This document shows positions 28,336 to 42,807 of a stretch of DNA of 64,000 nucleotides, piece after piece (positions within the stretch are counted from its first letter, which is position 1; every line of letters starts with the position of its first letter). The notes below the pieces were generated by a model. That model saw nothing but the letters and a program-made list of their open reading frames with translations. It had not been told where the DNA came from and searched no databases. A program made the translations under genes and the position numbers. The stretch is from the human T2T-CHM13v2.0 reference genome, Homo sapiens. The DNA is taken from the NCBI RefSeq assembly GCF_009914755.1, contig NC_060933.1; one strand, 5' to 3'.

Positions 28336-29935
28336 AAGGCTACAGTAACCAAAACAGCATGGTACTGGTACCAAAATGGATATATAGACCAATGGAATAG
28401 AACAGAGGCCTCAGAAATAATGCCACACATCTACAACCATCTGATCTTTGACAAACCTGACAAAAACAAGTAATGGGAAAAGTATTCCCTATTTAATAAA
28501 TGGTGCTGGGAAACTAGCTAGCCATATACAGAAAACTGAAACTGGACCCCTTCCTTAACACCTTATACAAAAATTGACTCAAGCTGCATTGAAGACTTAA
28601 ACATAAGACCTAAAACATTAAAACCCTAGAAGAAAGCCTAGTCAATACCATTCAGGACATAGACATGGGCAAAGACTTCATGACTAAAACACCAAAAGCA
28701 ATAACAATCAAAATTGACAAATGAGATCTGATTAAACTAAAAAGCTTCTGCACAGCAAAAGAAACTATCATCAGAGTGAACAGGCAACCTAAAGAATGGG
28801 AGAAAATTTTTGCAATCTACCCATCTGACAAAGGGCTAATATCCAGAATCTACAAGGAACTTAAACAAATTTACAAGAAGAAAAAAAACAATCCCATCAA
28901 AAAGTGAGCGAAGCATACTAACAGACACTTCTCAAAAGAAGACATTTATGTGGCCAAAAAACACATGAAAAAAATTCAACACTGGGCTTTACAGAAATGC
29001 AAATCAAAACCACAATGAGATAAAAATGATGAATTCATGTCCTTTGTAGGGACATGGATGAAGCTGGAAACCATCATTCTCAGCAAACTATCGGAAGGAC
29101 AAAAAAACAAACACTGCATGTTCTCACTCATAGGTGGGAATTGAACAATGAGAACACATGGACACAGGAAGGGGAGCATCACACACCGGGGCCTGTCGTG
29201 GGGTGGGGGGAGGGACGAGGGATAGCATTAGGAGATATACCTAATGTTAAATGATGAGTTAATGGGCGCAGCACACCAATATGGCACATGTATACATATG
29301 TAACAAACCTGCATGTTGTGCACATATACCCTAAAACTTAAAGTATAATTAAAAAAAACCACAATGAGATGCCATCTGGCATAAGCCAGTTAGAATGGAT
29401 ATCATTAAAAAGTTAGGAAACAACAGATGCTGGAGAGGATGTGGAGAAATAGGAACGCTTTTACACTGTTGGTGGGAATGTATATTAGTTCAACCATTGT
29501 GGAAGACAATGTGGTGATTCCTCAAGGATCTAGAACCAGATATATCATTTGACCCAGGAATCCCTTTACTGGGTATATACCCACAGGATTATAAATCATT
29601 CTACTATAAAGACACATGCACATGTATGTTTACGCAGCAGTATTCACAATAGCAAAGACTTGGGACCAACAAAAATGCTCATCAATGACAGACTGGATAA
29701 AGAAAATGTGAAACATATACACCATGGAATACTATGCAACCATAAAAAGGATTAGTTCATGTCCTTCCTGGGGACACAGATGAAGTGGGAAACCATCATT
29801 CTCAGCAAAAATACACAGGAACAGAAAAACAAATATCGCATGTTCTCACTCATAAGTGGGAGTTGAAAAACGAGAACACATGGACACAGGCAGGGGAACA
29901 TCACACACTGGGGCCTGTTGTGGGGTGGGGAGCTA
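28335..29935 (+). mobile_element. Sense 3' arm of the same LINE-1, lacking the distal 3'UTR
   Basis: From CAAGGCTACAGTAACC through ORF2 end to GGGGTGGGGAGCTA, then an AT-rich tract. Confidence 0.88.
29022..29354 (+). mobile_element. Nested 5'-truncated L1PA4/5-like 3' end
   Basis: Complete L1 3'UTR; 16-bp TSD AAAACCACAATGAGAT at 29006-29021 and 29355-29370. Confidence 0.92.
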
Positions 29936-30739
29936 AATAAATATAAATATAATTTAAATATATACATAAATATAATATAAAATGTTATGACTAAATTCTT
30001 TGTTAAATAAAAAGTGAATGAACAAGTAAACAAATGAATCAATAAAGGTAGATCAGTAAGATTGGACCTGTTACGTTTCTGATACACTTCTGTCAGCATC
30101 TATGCCAAGCTTTGCCTAATCACCTTAAGCTCCCAATGGTCCCAATTTCTTTATTCTTGACAAATGAACTCATTTCTACTTTATTGAAACCATCAGTGAC
30201 CATCTATAAAGAGCTCCTTTATGTACCTATAAATCATCCTAGCTCACATTTTCCTACATTTGAAATCACCCATTCTTGAATTTTCAGTGCCCATTGTCCA
30301 GACTAACTTTTCCACTAGAACTTTAAATTCAATCAATTCCTTTTATCTCTAGCATCAAATATTCTCTATCAGCTTTAAGCTGTTAATCCTCTGTGGTTCC
30401 TCCTGTACTAATGCAGACTCATGCTAGTCCATTCCAAAAGACCTCCTTGATATGGCTACTATTACATAGTCCTTCCTTTATTAAAAATATTTCATCTCTA
30501 ACTCCCTATTGTAACAATGTGTTGTTATGCTTTAAGTTTCTTCCTAAAATTTTTCATTAATAACCTACTAAGAAATAAAATATACTAACTTATAGTATTC
30601 TGTGACTAAGATATCTAAAGTTTGGTTTGATAGTCCATTTAAGGAGTAGATTTTCCCATCTCTCTCTTTGGGAAAAGGAACCTAGCCAAGCCCAGATTTG
30701 TGTGTCTATGTGAATCAGTAACACTTCAGGAAGGAAGTA

Positions 30740-30990
30740 TGACATAGTGGTTAAGGTCACAATCTCTAAAATCAGACAAAGTATATTCAAATGCCAATCT
30801 TAGCAGTTATTAGGTATGTAAAGTTGAAGAATTTCATTACATCTTCTGATACAATTTTCTCATCTGCAAAAGTGTGTATTGGTAGTACAGGCATTATATT
30901 TTTGTGAAAATTAAATAAAACAATAAATACAAAGTAATATTTTTAGTGTTAGGCTCATAGTAAAGTGTTACTATGTATTATTGTCATTTC
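30740..30990 (+). mobile_element. MIR, near full length
   Basis: ATAGTGGTTAAG..TTTTCTCATCTGCAAAA..GTGAAAATTAAAT..GGCTCATAGTAAAGTG. Confidence 0.75.
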
Positions 30991-31899
30991 ACTGTGGCTC
31001 TTATTTCTGAAGGACAGGACAGTCTACTAAATGTATTGTAATGTAATGAAAATAACTAAGCCATGTTATTCTATTATTTTGAAAAGTATCTCTGGTTTTT
31101 CATTCATTAAAAAACATGCCTCTCTTTTGGGGACACTCCATTGTCCTTTTCTTCTAGTCACATTGAAGTCTGTTTGCCTTTGAAGGCAGCCACATTAACT
31201 CACTGTCTACAGGGAAAAATCGCACCCCTTTTTATGGGAGGAAGTACAGATTTTTGATTCCTGAGTCCTGTTAATACAAGTAGCACCTCAGACTTTACCT
31301 AGATTGATATCCCTCTTTCTCCATTTCTCAGCTTGCAAAATGGAGTGGGCAATTGTTTAAGGGGAAAAGTGTATGTGCTTTCAAATTCCAGTTCACTTCT
31401 CATTAGTGAAAACTGTGGATTGGTGAATACAATTAATCTCCTGAATTATACTTTGCAAAAACAACCAACACTTTTTCTTAGACACATACAATGCAATTTC
31501 ATACTAAAGAAAGAATGTTACCTATTAGCATAATCATGCCCATTATTTTAATAACAATAAATGGATATTCATTATCCATTTTTGTGCTGAGAATCATTTG
31601 GTGTTTTATTCCTTTCCTATAGACCTGAAGGTATCAAAATGCTACAGCAGTAGTAAATAGTAATCTTTGTTGTTAGAGAAAGAGGCAATGGTTTTGATTA
31701 CATTCTGGTTTGAGGTAATCTGATTGTGATAGCATGTTTGGTGAGAAATTTGTGATCAATTTCTTTCTAACATTATTATTTACTGTAATATTTTTAAAAT
31801 CTATCAACCTGTCCTTTTAAGGCTTCTATAACATGAACCTATCCTGAATATTTTTGTTTCTGTCTAATGCTTTATTTCTTTTCTTGATTTTTAACTTTC

Positions 31900-32920
31900 C
31901 ATCTAAACCATTACTTTTTCTCAAAATAGTGTAAACCATCATCTCTATGTAAATGAGTATACTAAAAATACATCATAATACCTATCCTGAGATCCAGTCT
32001 CAAATTTCCAACTTTTTTCTGGCCATTTTCATTTTTTACTTTGTTTTATGTATAAAGAAAACAAACAAAAACTAGCAAAAACATAAAACTGGCTCCAGCT
32101 CTTATGCCAGGTGCTATGAGTAAAGGACAAAGTTCCTGACTCAAGTTTCTCCTATTTATGTCAAAGGTACTATTGTCAAACTGATCAAAAATTTGTGGTC
32201 ACAGACATTGTCATTACCTTGGTTTGCCTATGCCTACTCATATACTTAAATTCTTTTTTTCAATGATTTCTCAAATTTATTTCTACTTTCTTTACCTTCT
32301 GTGACCCTTACACTTAAAAGGTGAAAGTGGAAGACAGTCTTTTGATTTTTTTTTTGAATGCACAAAATACATGTTATTCCCTGACTCTCCTTTTGATGGA
32401 TAGCCCTTTTTTGAGCAATTTACAATCATTTTCTTTTTTTGATTATTTATGAATAAAGTTCAAATTCTCACATCTAATATTCTAAATCCTTCATAATTTG
32501 TCCCAACATTTACTTCTAATTGTATATTCAAATATTCTGAAACAATCACATTATTCTGTCTAATGTATGCATTCTATACTTCTGAATGTTTTCTATGCTT
32601 ATCACCAAATTTGCACTTGTCTTTTGAATAATCCATAATGCACTTTTCCTCTTCCCCATATTGTTGAAGAGTATCACATAATAGGAAGCTCTATTAACCT
32701 TTCTTTGATCATCATAGTCCACGATGGCATCTCCCTCCTTAGAAGATCCCCAATATATATTGCATAGCACTTTTCTGAAAGTTACTTTTTTGTGTTTATG
32801 TTTCTTATGTTCAGACTTGGATATTAAGTGACCTGAAGATAAAAGATCTGTATTCTACATCTTCTGTTCACACATAGCACTTACTGAGGAACTATACACA
32901 TAGCAATTCTATAAAGTAGG
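31900..32920 (+). mobile_element. L2 3'-end relic
   Basis: Pyrimidine-rich degenerate L2 motifs ending CATAGCACTTAC..CACATAG; boundaries approximate. Similar relics near 1.4-2.2, 2.75-3.6, 4.3-4.55, 17.75-18.2, 30.1-30.6, 43.3-43.6 and 49.85-50.2 kb. Confidence 0.5.
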
Positions 32921-34319
32921 GAGTGTTTTCTAGAAAAGAAGTGACTATGTGTTGATACGTCTCCTTCAATTTTATTAATAAACTTTCATTTACGAATATG
33001 TATTAAAAGTGTCTTTAGGCTCTCTTTGTATGTTTGACCCATTTCGTGGTAAATGTGAACAGTGGAACAAGATAGTTGCAGTGCTAAACTTAGACTAAAG
33101 GGAAGAGGAACTCAGGTTCTAGGCCAGCCCTTTAGAGTGAACCACAAACCACTTTCACCTTCCTCCCATGGGGGCTGGGAAGGAGAGTAGAAGGGGAAGT
33201 GGCGATGAGTCCACAAAACAAGTGAATGTGCTCATGTGAAACAAGACTCATGCCCATCCATGTGCTATGCCAATGTACCAATACTCAAGACTCTGGATTC
33301 CTCTTTAGGAGAAATAAAAGGTCCTAAGATTGCTTTCAAGGTCTATTCAAGGCCATTCCCTACATCAGCCTTTTTGAAGGTGGACTGGTGTGTACAACCC
33401 TTGGTCAAAGGGATGTCTCATGAGGAGATGCTGGACAAATAGGCTGCAGTATCTTGGATGTAACAAACCCCTCATCCAGCAAGATGGAAAGAGGGGTGGA
33501 AAGAGAATGAAATTGGCTATGACCTGGGGCCTCTTTCCAATCCTCACATTCCATTGTGGACCTCTCTTGGCAGTCCAAGAATGCAGATTTCAATTTAATT
33601 TTTTAAGTTGTTATGAAGTTGTCAATGTAGGAATTTCAATACACTTTAACAGTTCTTAAGCTTGATTGATGTCTTATAAATATGTAGTCATTAATATGTG
33701 GGTCTAGATTTGCAATACTTCTGAACTTCCACAAATGTTAGGGACAGGCCTGAATAGCTAACTTTTTTCTTTTATTTCAAGTTGACTTAATATTATAAAA
33801 AACATTTTATTTTTTCCTTTAATAGAGTCAAGTATACAGTTTCTGTTTTCATCCAGTAACTTTAGCAGAGACTTTTTCTCTCTGCTAGTGAAAGAGAGGA
33901 CTCAGGTTTAGAGGAAATTTGCTTTTTCAGAACATTTGATCTTCGTAACACATCAAGATGTATTTAGAGAAAAGAACACACGGACTTAGTACTATTTATA
34001 AATAGCTTCTTTACCCTTACTCCTAAATTAAAACAAAACTAAAACCTAGGAAAAGCACTTGCATTATACAAAATTTATACTTTAGCTATTTCTACATTTA
34101 AAAATAAAATAATATAAATCACCAATTTTACGTTTTAAGCAAAAGTGTATTCTCAAACTTTATATTATTCAGCAATACCTATTACTCTCCAAGTATATGC
34201 ATGTATCATTTCTCTCATTTAAAGTCTCTGACCACATCTAGAAAAAGTGAAAAATGGTGCAGTCATTACATTTTGGTTTTGGAACTGGGAATTTTATTTA
34301 GCACAATATAAATAATTAG

Positions 34320-34659
<340 letters not shown>

Positions 34660-35256
34660 TCTTTTTTTTTGTTTTGTTTTGTTTAACCATTTCTGATTTA
34701 CTGAAACCCAGTCTGTATTTAATAAGGCTTAAACATTTGTATGTTTAATATAACAATATGTCCTCAGTGGCAGCTTGATTAGATTTGGATTTTAAAAGTC
34801 ACTGTAGAAGGGAGGAAAAATATCAAAGAAGGGATACATACTGGTGACAAATACTTTTAAAATAGCATAACTCAAGTAACGCAAGTCAGTCTCGCCAGCC
34901 AAATGAAAATTATAGGTGGAAATCTCACACTGAACCTGGAGAATTTCCCGTTCCTGTTAAAGTATTTTCTTACTGATGTATTCATAAAACAATACTGTCC
35001 ATTTATGTCTTTCAGAAACCATTCTATTATTTTCATTAACATACCTGTATATTAGAATAAAAACTTTACAAGGTTATGTTTTCATTTTCCACTTTTTTTT
35101 TTTGTTTCTGTATTACTTTTTATATCAGTTTAATTTTGGCATTTAACCTAGCTATCTAATACCTTGGCAGTAAACACATTTCCCACCCTTGCTCTTGAAT
35201 ATAATGCTGTCAGAGAGTGGGATATGAGAAAAACAAGAGGTTTTCTAAAAGGAAAA

Positions 35257-35302
35257 TATCTATCTATCTATCTATCATCTATCTATCTATCTATCTATCA
35301 TC
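35257..35302. repeat. (TATC)n tetranucleotide STR, interrupted
   Basis: Two TATC runs separated by ATC. Confidence 0.95.
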
Positions 35303-36999
35303 AGGAGGACCTAGAGACATTATAAAAGAATTAAATTCAAATTGTAAGATCATAATAAAGTTTAACACATCATGATTTATAAACTACAGATATAAACTAA
35401 GTAACTTGTTTAAAGCTCCAGGTGCTGCTTTCCATAATATTTTAAGTGAAATACTGTGTGTATAACTTAAAACCATTAGGCCATGAAGACCATGGAGAAT
35501 ATTTTAAGAATCAGTCACAATCTGAAGTGACATTATTGTTTTTTGTTTCAGTACACATTAGTACCAATAGTTAATTTTAATTTGTGGAATGAATCAGTAA
35601 ACAATAAAAGGGTATGAAAGGGTAAAGCACAATTTAAAGTGTTTTGGAAAATGTGGTCAGAAAACAACATAAGATCAGTAGAATAATTCTAGCATATCCA
35701 TCGAATAATTAATATTATCACTATAGTAAACATGATTTAGCTCACACTATTTGGCGAAAAGAAAATTCACTTGCAGTATTCTGCACATTGTGTTATTTCT
35801 GCTCAAATGACATACTTACAATAATTTGATTGAAATCATGTGACTCTCCTGAACAATCATGTTCTATCTTCTGGTTTAAGGCTATGTAGATATTAAGAGA
35901 CATACAGTGATCCATCTTCTTTGTGTGGAAACGATCAAACACTACAAGTCAGTTAATGTGTTTTCAACGGTGAGGGGTTAATACCAAAAGATTTATATTA
36001 GAATTGTATAGCATCTATATTTCTAATCCTTAGTTATTTGTATGAACAATTAGAAGTCTGACCTGTTTGGAACTTATTTTGGGATAAATAGGTTCCCAAG
36101 CCTTCTTGCAAAGGACATGCAAATAATGAAAATATGATATTAAGAACCACTCCACTGTTATTAAATGAAGATGAAAAGAATTAAATCAAAGTCTGCCATA
36201 GAATAATTTATAGATACCATATTGAACATTTTCTAAATATGCCCACATTCTTGGAGTGGCAGATAATGTGTTAACATTATAATAAGCATGAGTTAATAAA
36301 CATTATGCATATTCTCTACTACAGATGAGTATACTTTTTGGCCCTTTTAATGAAGGATGGGAAATAAGCAACTCCCTGTAAGAAGAAGAACAGAAATGGA
36401 TCCATTTTTGACTTGAAACTTTTATAAAAATAGCTGTATTTAATAATGTTTTACTTATCATGGGTACATTTTTTTTAACTTGTGTTCATAAGGTAGATTC
36501 ATTCAGCAAAAGAGTAACCGGTACTAGAAGAGAAGTAAGAAATTCATGGCTGAGTTAATATAGTTAAACTATATCCGTCTGAAACTCTTTCTCTCTGAGG
36601 AAGCTTTTAAAATTATTTTTTTCATTTTTCCAGACCTTTTTTCTTGATCTCTGTATTTTCCTCTAAAGCGAAGACTATCAATGACATTCTTAAACTTTGA
36701 AAGATTTAGGATGAAGGGAATATTTACTTATATTTTAGAAATAGTGCAATTTTGGAGACTGAGAAGTCTCTCAGGTTATTATCATCAATGTAGAACTTAC
36801 CAGAGATGACTTTGGCTTTCTAAAGCATCTAAAATAAGCTATAGTATGCCCATGTTCCTGCAGCATTGGACTTACATAATTTCAAATGTTAATAATACCT
36901 TTCATGGATGCCTTTACAGGTATGCATAAACAAAATATCTCATTTTTTTAAATCATTCTGCCCTCCATATGAAACTATTGGTCTATTAGATATATTTTT

Positions 37000-38780
37000 A
37001 TTTTTTAACTGTTGATTTGAAATTATTATAGATTTACAGAAGGTTGCAAATATAGTACAGAGAGGTCTCTCATACTCTTCACCTAGTTTCCCCAGTGGTT
37101 ACATTTTTTTTGTAGCTACAGTAAAACATTAAAACCAAGAAATTGACATTGAAAAAATGTGTATGCATACATCTGTCATTTTATTACATGTGTAAATTCT
37201 TGTGACCACTACCACTATCAAAATATCTAACACTTCTAGTGAAGTGTAAAAATCTTATCTCGTTGGAAGTCTCTTTACCCATCCTTGTTTATATAATTTA
37301 AAAAATTTTTCATTTAGGTATTGATAACCATTTCGATGTTACAGTTTTTGATTCAAAAGTCAAACATAATTTAGAAAACTCAAGAAGAAAAATCTGTTGT
37401 ACTTATTCATATTTTTGCTCTTTCTGTTACTCTTACATTTTTCTGATGATTTCAGGCCCCTTATTCATTTTATGTTTCAAGAACTTTTTGCTTTTCTTTA
37501 GGGTAGGTCTGTTTGCAACCAATTCTTAATTTTTCTTCTTCTGAGAATTTATTTAATTCTCCTTCATTTCTAAAGGACATTTTTGCCTAATACAGAATTC
37601 TGGATTGACAGTTCTTGTTTTGCAGTACTTGAGAAATATATCACTTCCTTTTGGCCACCATTATTTCTGACAGGAAATCATTGTCATTCAAATTGTTTTT
37701 CTTCTGGAGAGATGAAGCATTGTTTTACCTCACTGTTTCCAAGATTTTTTCTTCTGCTGTTTTCTGAAATTGACCTGTTTCTTTGTTGATTTTTTTGTAT
37801 CTGTCCCGTTTTAGATTTTCTCATTTCTTGAATCTGTAGTTGTATGTCTTTTGCCAAACTCGAAAACGTTTTGGACATTATTTTTTCAAATATATTTTTA
37901 GCCCAACCCACTTTTGCCTTTCCTTCTAGGACTCTGATGACATGAATAGTAGATTTTTTGCTATAGTCTTATAGGTCCTTGAGGCTCTGTTCTTTTTTTT
38001 TTTTTTCATTTTCAGTCTATACTCCCTCTGGTCTTTGGATTAGTAAATTTTTAATGTCCTATTTTCAAGTTCACTTATTCTTTTCTCTATTTCCTCCATT
38101 ACCCTATTGAGCCATCAAGTATTTTTTAAAGTTTCAATTATATTTTTCGGTGCCAAAATTTCTATTTGTCTCTTGGCATCTTCTATTTCTTTGTAAAGCT
38201 TTCCATTGTTTCATTTGTTCCAGCATATTCGCAATTGCTCATTAAAACATTTTTATGGTGGTGGCTTTAAAATCCTTGTGAATAAATCTAATTTATGTGT
38301 TATCACTGTGTTGGCATGTGTTATCTCATTCAAGATGAGATTTTTTTTCTGGTGCTTGATATGCTGAGTAATTTTCAACGTATCTAGGGTAATTTGGATA
38401 TTATGCTATGAGGCTCTGTATTTTAACTCTTGGAAATAAACCTCCTGTGACACCACACATGGTGAAAGTGGGGGTGCCTTGTTATTGCTAGGTGGTGATA
38501 AAAATTTATCCCTGCTCAACCACCTTTGGAGAGTGGGGGATTTTTTTCTTGTTTCTGCTCCCACTATGGCCTACACTGAAGGGAAGGCAAACATCAGGAG
38601 GCCTTGGACCTTTTTACCACTAGATGATGGTGAAAGTTCCAACTTCTCACTTAGTTTACTTTGACACCTAAGGAATCTGGTGGAGAAGGACGGGGCACAT
38701 TGTAACTACCTGGCAGAGAAGAAAGTTCTAGATTCCCACATGGCCTTCTCTGATATCACCCAGACATTGATAGGCGGCAG
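37000..38780 (-). mobile_element. Old L1M relic (3'UTR piece joined to ORF1/5' region)
   Basis: T-rich antisense L1. ORF 37684-37911 resembles ORF1p (NIFEKIMSKTFSSLAKDIQLQIQE). Confidence 0.7.
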
Positions 38781-40464
38781 GGCCTGTTAGTTTGTGTGTG
38801 TGTTTAAATTACACATTACCAATAGTATCACTTTGCATAAACCTATACTAAACTAAAAGCACGGACCCCACAGAAGATATGTAATTAAAGTTACCTTGTA
38901 GTATGCAGGTCTTTTTCACAGATGCATTCAGTGTGTGGTTTAAAAGGAAGTTAAAAGTTTAGTTCTAGTTACCATGCTAGAAGAACTTAATAGGTAAAGG
39001 ATGACATCATCAAAGGCAGTGAAAGTCCTCTTTAATGTCTCAAGGCTTTTCATTGTGTATCACGAAATTTTGGTTATCTGTTTCTTTTCAGTAAATATTT
39101 AGTCTATTTTTCTAAGTTTAATATATTAGGATTTTCATTTTCATTAATCCTTAGTGTTTGTACTACTGATATTTGCACATACAGTATGAGAACATACATT
39201 TCAATTGATCATTTTTTAAAAATTTATTTGAGATATATCAAAAGTTCTATACCATATAAAGGAAAGTTATTCTACTATTCTAAAGCAGCTCATAAAATAC
39301 AATGTACAAATAGGACAAAATACATGCAAGAAGCGGGAGAAATGTTCCTAAGCAGCTCCACTGATACAGTGGAGATATAATCTCTCCTCTCTATTGAATG
39401 AATTTGCTGAGGGTCGGTGCATATAGTAGTCAATGGAATACAAACCAATAAAAATATGATAGATAAATAGAATGAAAAGTATCCAAGGGTCAAGTGCTAA
39501 ATCTGTTCTGCTGATTCCAGCTGGTATTTCCTTTTCTTCTTTAACCCACATGAAGACACTCTACTAAACAGTCATGTATAACTCAGGCATACTGGTTTTC
39601 ATTTGTAATTTTCATTTTATTGCACTTTCAATTTTCAGGTTTTGTCCATCTTTCTTCCCCTTGGCCCTTCCATCACTTCTGCTACTTGATGAATTCTGTC
39701 TTAAACAGTAGCTAGAATATAAACATTTAATAAAATATTAACCTGATTGCTTGCCCTCCCTATAAACAATAAAATGACATACATGAACAAATGACAAATA
39801 CAATATTTTATGTTGTGTTTATTTCTACCTTTCTCCAAGGCTTCTTTTAATCTTTATTAAAGTTTATTATAGCAAACTACTATCAAATATTTCCATGCAT
39901 TTAACTGGTTATTGTAACATCAACACAAGAGAGCAAATGAAACTTGTGAAGCTTATACTTTCTATTGCTCTAAGGTGTCTATGCAGATCATTATGTATTC
40001 TTCACCACAGGTCAGTTGCTTAGCGACCAGAGAAGTAGAGAACTACTAATTGAAAGTATTCTGTATTGCTGGCAAGGCTTGCTGCAGGACGTTGAACTTG
40101 GAAACAGCAGAGACTGTGTCAGATAAAAATGTTGCAGAGGATGAAAGAAAAATTGCTGCAGCATTATCATACTAGGAATGGTTATTATTTACTTTATGGT
40201 AAATTCTGCAAAATGCTTTGCTGTGCTTCTGTTTTATAAGATATTAAAATTGATTTTACTATTAAGGATCATTTACACAATCAGATTAAAAATCAGAGTT
40301 GTGGCATCTATTTTTAAAAAGTAAAACAGAACACAAAGGAGAAAAAGAAGAGGAGGACAAAAGGGAAGAAACAGAAGCAACAGCACTAAGTTAGATCCAG
40401 GTCCCTAAAGATAAGTAACAATATCTGTATGAACTTTTCTGATTGCTTATTTTATTTTGTAATG

Positions 40465-40583
40465 AAAACAAAGAAAGAGGATGAGGAGGAAGATGAGGAT
40501 GAGGAGACTGAGGAGGAAGGCAAGGAGAGTAAGGAAGAGGAGCAAGAGGTAAAGGAGAAGAAAAGAAAAAAGAGAGAGAGAAG
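40465..40583. repeat. Purine-rich (GAG/GAA) low-complexity tract
   Basis: Almost all G/A on the + strand. Confidence 0.85.
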
Positions 40584-40988
40584 ATTATTAAAAATCAAAC
40601 TAAATACATATTGGAAAAACAATTGAAAAACAAACCAAAAGTAGCAACACTAACAGAGCAATAGTATAAACAAATTTATTCAAAGCATTAATTTTATATT
40701 AGTCTGTATCAGGCTTTCTAACCTGTACATTATATAAAATTAGGATTATTTTCTCTCTTCTTTCCATGTAATGTACAATTCATGTATCCATCAAAAATAG
40801 ATGAGTGGTCATTGTGTGACATCTTTCACTTAATAGAAAAGACTAGGTCAGAAAAGAGAAAATGTCCTTCACAAGACCAAGACTAAGTTGGCTCAATTTT
40901 CCTGATAGCTTATTTGCTACAAGAATTCTGATATAATTCTGTATTTACAGGCTCATTCTCTCTCTCACACAATCCACAGGCATACAAA

Positions 40989-41011
40989 GTGTGTGTGTGT
41001 GTGTGTGTGTG
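40989..41011. repeat. (GT)n microsatellite
   Basis: About 11 units. Confidence 0.9.
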
Positions 41012-41744
41012 CACATGCGTTTGACAAAGAGAGAGAGAAAAAGACTTGAATAACTGTTTCTTATGAGAATTCATTTGTGGTAATGGTTGCTACTTGTATT
41101 TCTATAAAGATTACTCCTAGTAATGATTGAAAAACAGGACATATGTTAATTAAATGTTCAGTGACTTTATAGTTAAATATACATATAATGCACATTCCAA
41201 GTTTTTAAAAAAATAACAATCAATAAATAGCTAAATGTTTTAAATCATAACTGGTCAGAATTTAGTTGTTAATATTCAGATACCATTTCAGTATCGTGTA
41301 GAGTCATTATGAATATCATTTGTCTGCAGTACTCTGAAGATAAAGGTGTTAAAACATGTGTTAGTCAATGGTCTACCTGTTATACAGCCTTTTAAAACAA
41401 ATCCTTGGCATGAGATTGTCATTTGTCTGTTTCTCATAAAAGCTGAGTGTAGAACATCCTAAAAATCCAGTTCAGCTTTTTTATTCTTGTTACATTTCTG
41501 CAGAATTTTAATATAACTTTCCTTTTGTGTATTTATGCCTACTGTTTCTATTTACTTACGGGTGGCCTGAATTTTTTATCCAGAGATAAAGTTAATGCAA
41601 GAAAGAATTTAAAAATGTATGGTAGATTATCAAAATTCTTAACTTAAAAAAAGGTCAAATCCACCTTTGCTACAGCACACAACCTAATCTTATATCTGTT
41701 CATCTTTTTTGTCTTTGTTTTAAAAACACATACTTGATAATCAT

Positions 41745-42290
41745 ATTAGATGGTTACAGCTTTCTATTGCTGCATAATAAACCAGTCTAAACATAGCAGC
41801 TTAAAACAGCTAAGTAGCACAGATGGACCTGCTCATGATTCTTCAATCTGGGCTGAACTCAGCTGGGTGGCTCATCTCTTCCCTAGATGGTGTCTTCTGC
41901 TGGACTATTTAATATGTTTGTATTTAGAGGCAGCTCCATAGGGACTGGAGGATCCTAGCTGGCCCCATTCATATGTTGTGCTGGAATGACTAGAAACTAA
42001 CTGGGTCTTCCTCTCTATCTTCCCAGTCTTTCATTCCTCCTGGTCTTTTTCATCATAAGGTGTCTCATCCACAAGGACGCTAACCTAGACATCTTTGCAC
42101 AGTGGCTCAAGGTAAAAGACAGAGTAAACAAAAGCTATAAAGCTTCCTTAAGCCTAGGACTGAAACTTATACAGTGTCTCTTTAGCTGCATTCTCATGGC
42201 TCAACTAATTCACAAGGCTAATCTATTGTCTGGTTGGGAGGATAATGCAAGGACATGAAATCAAAGGACATCCATAATTCATTGGGGACT
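41745..42290 (-). mobile_element. MLT1G/H/I-type MaLR solo LTR
   Basis: CTATTGCTGCATAA..GGGCTGAACTCAGCTGGGTGG..TCATTGGGG. Confidence 0.65.
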
Positions 42291-42358
42291 GTTTGGTAAG
42301 AATATGAGTTAAGGCTTAAATTTGTTCGAACACAACTGGTTCTAAAGCATCACATTGT

Positions 42359-42769
42359 TGTATTAGGTTTCCAGGGTTGTCATAACAAATTACAACAAAC
42401 TTGATGACTTAAAGCAACAGAAATTGATTCTCTCACAGGTCTGGAGGCCAGAAGACAAATGAATGTGTTGGCAGTATTGGTTTCCACTGGAGACCCAGAA
42501 AAAACCCATTCCATGCTGTCAGCAATTCTTAGCGGTTTTTGTCTTTCCAGTCTCTCTGACTCTGTCTTCACATGCCTCCCCGCTTTTTCTGTGTCTTTCT
42601 GTTATTCTATCTCTTATAAGGACACTCATTAGATTTAGAATTTATTGTAATAGAGGATGAGCACACTTTATTACCTTATTACATCTTCAAAGATGCTTAT
42701 TACGATTGAGGTCAGACTGTGAGATTCTGGGTGGACAAACCTTTTGGGCAAACACCATTCAACTCTTAC
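42359..42769 (-). mobile_element. MLT1B-type MaLR solo LTR
   Basis: TGTATTAGGTTTCC..CTCTCACAG.TCTGGAGGCCAGAAG..TATAAGGACAC..CACCATTCAAC. Confidence 0.8.
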
Positions 42770-42807
42770 GATTTTCTATCAAAATGTATAATTTTCTCCC
42801 ATACTTT

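Noticed and set aside
40429-40626. E/K-rich 65-aa ORF
   Set aside because: Translation of a GAG/GAA low-complexity tract.
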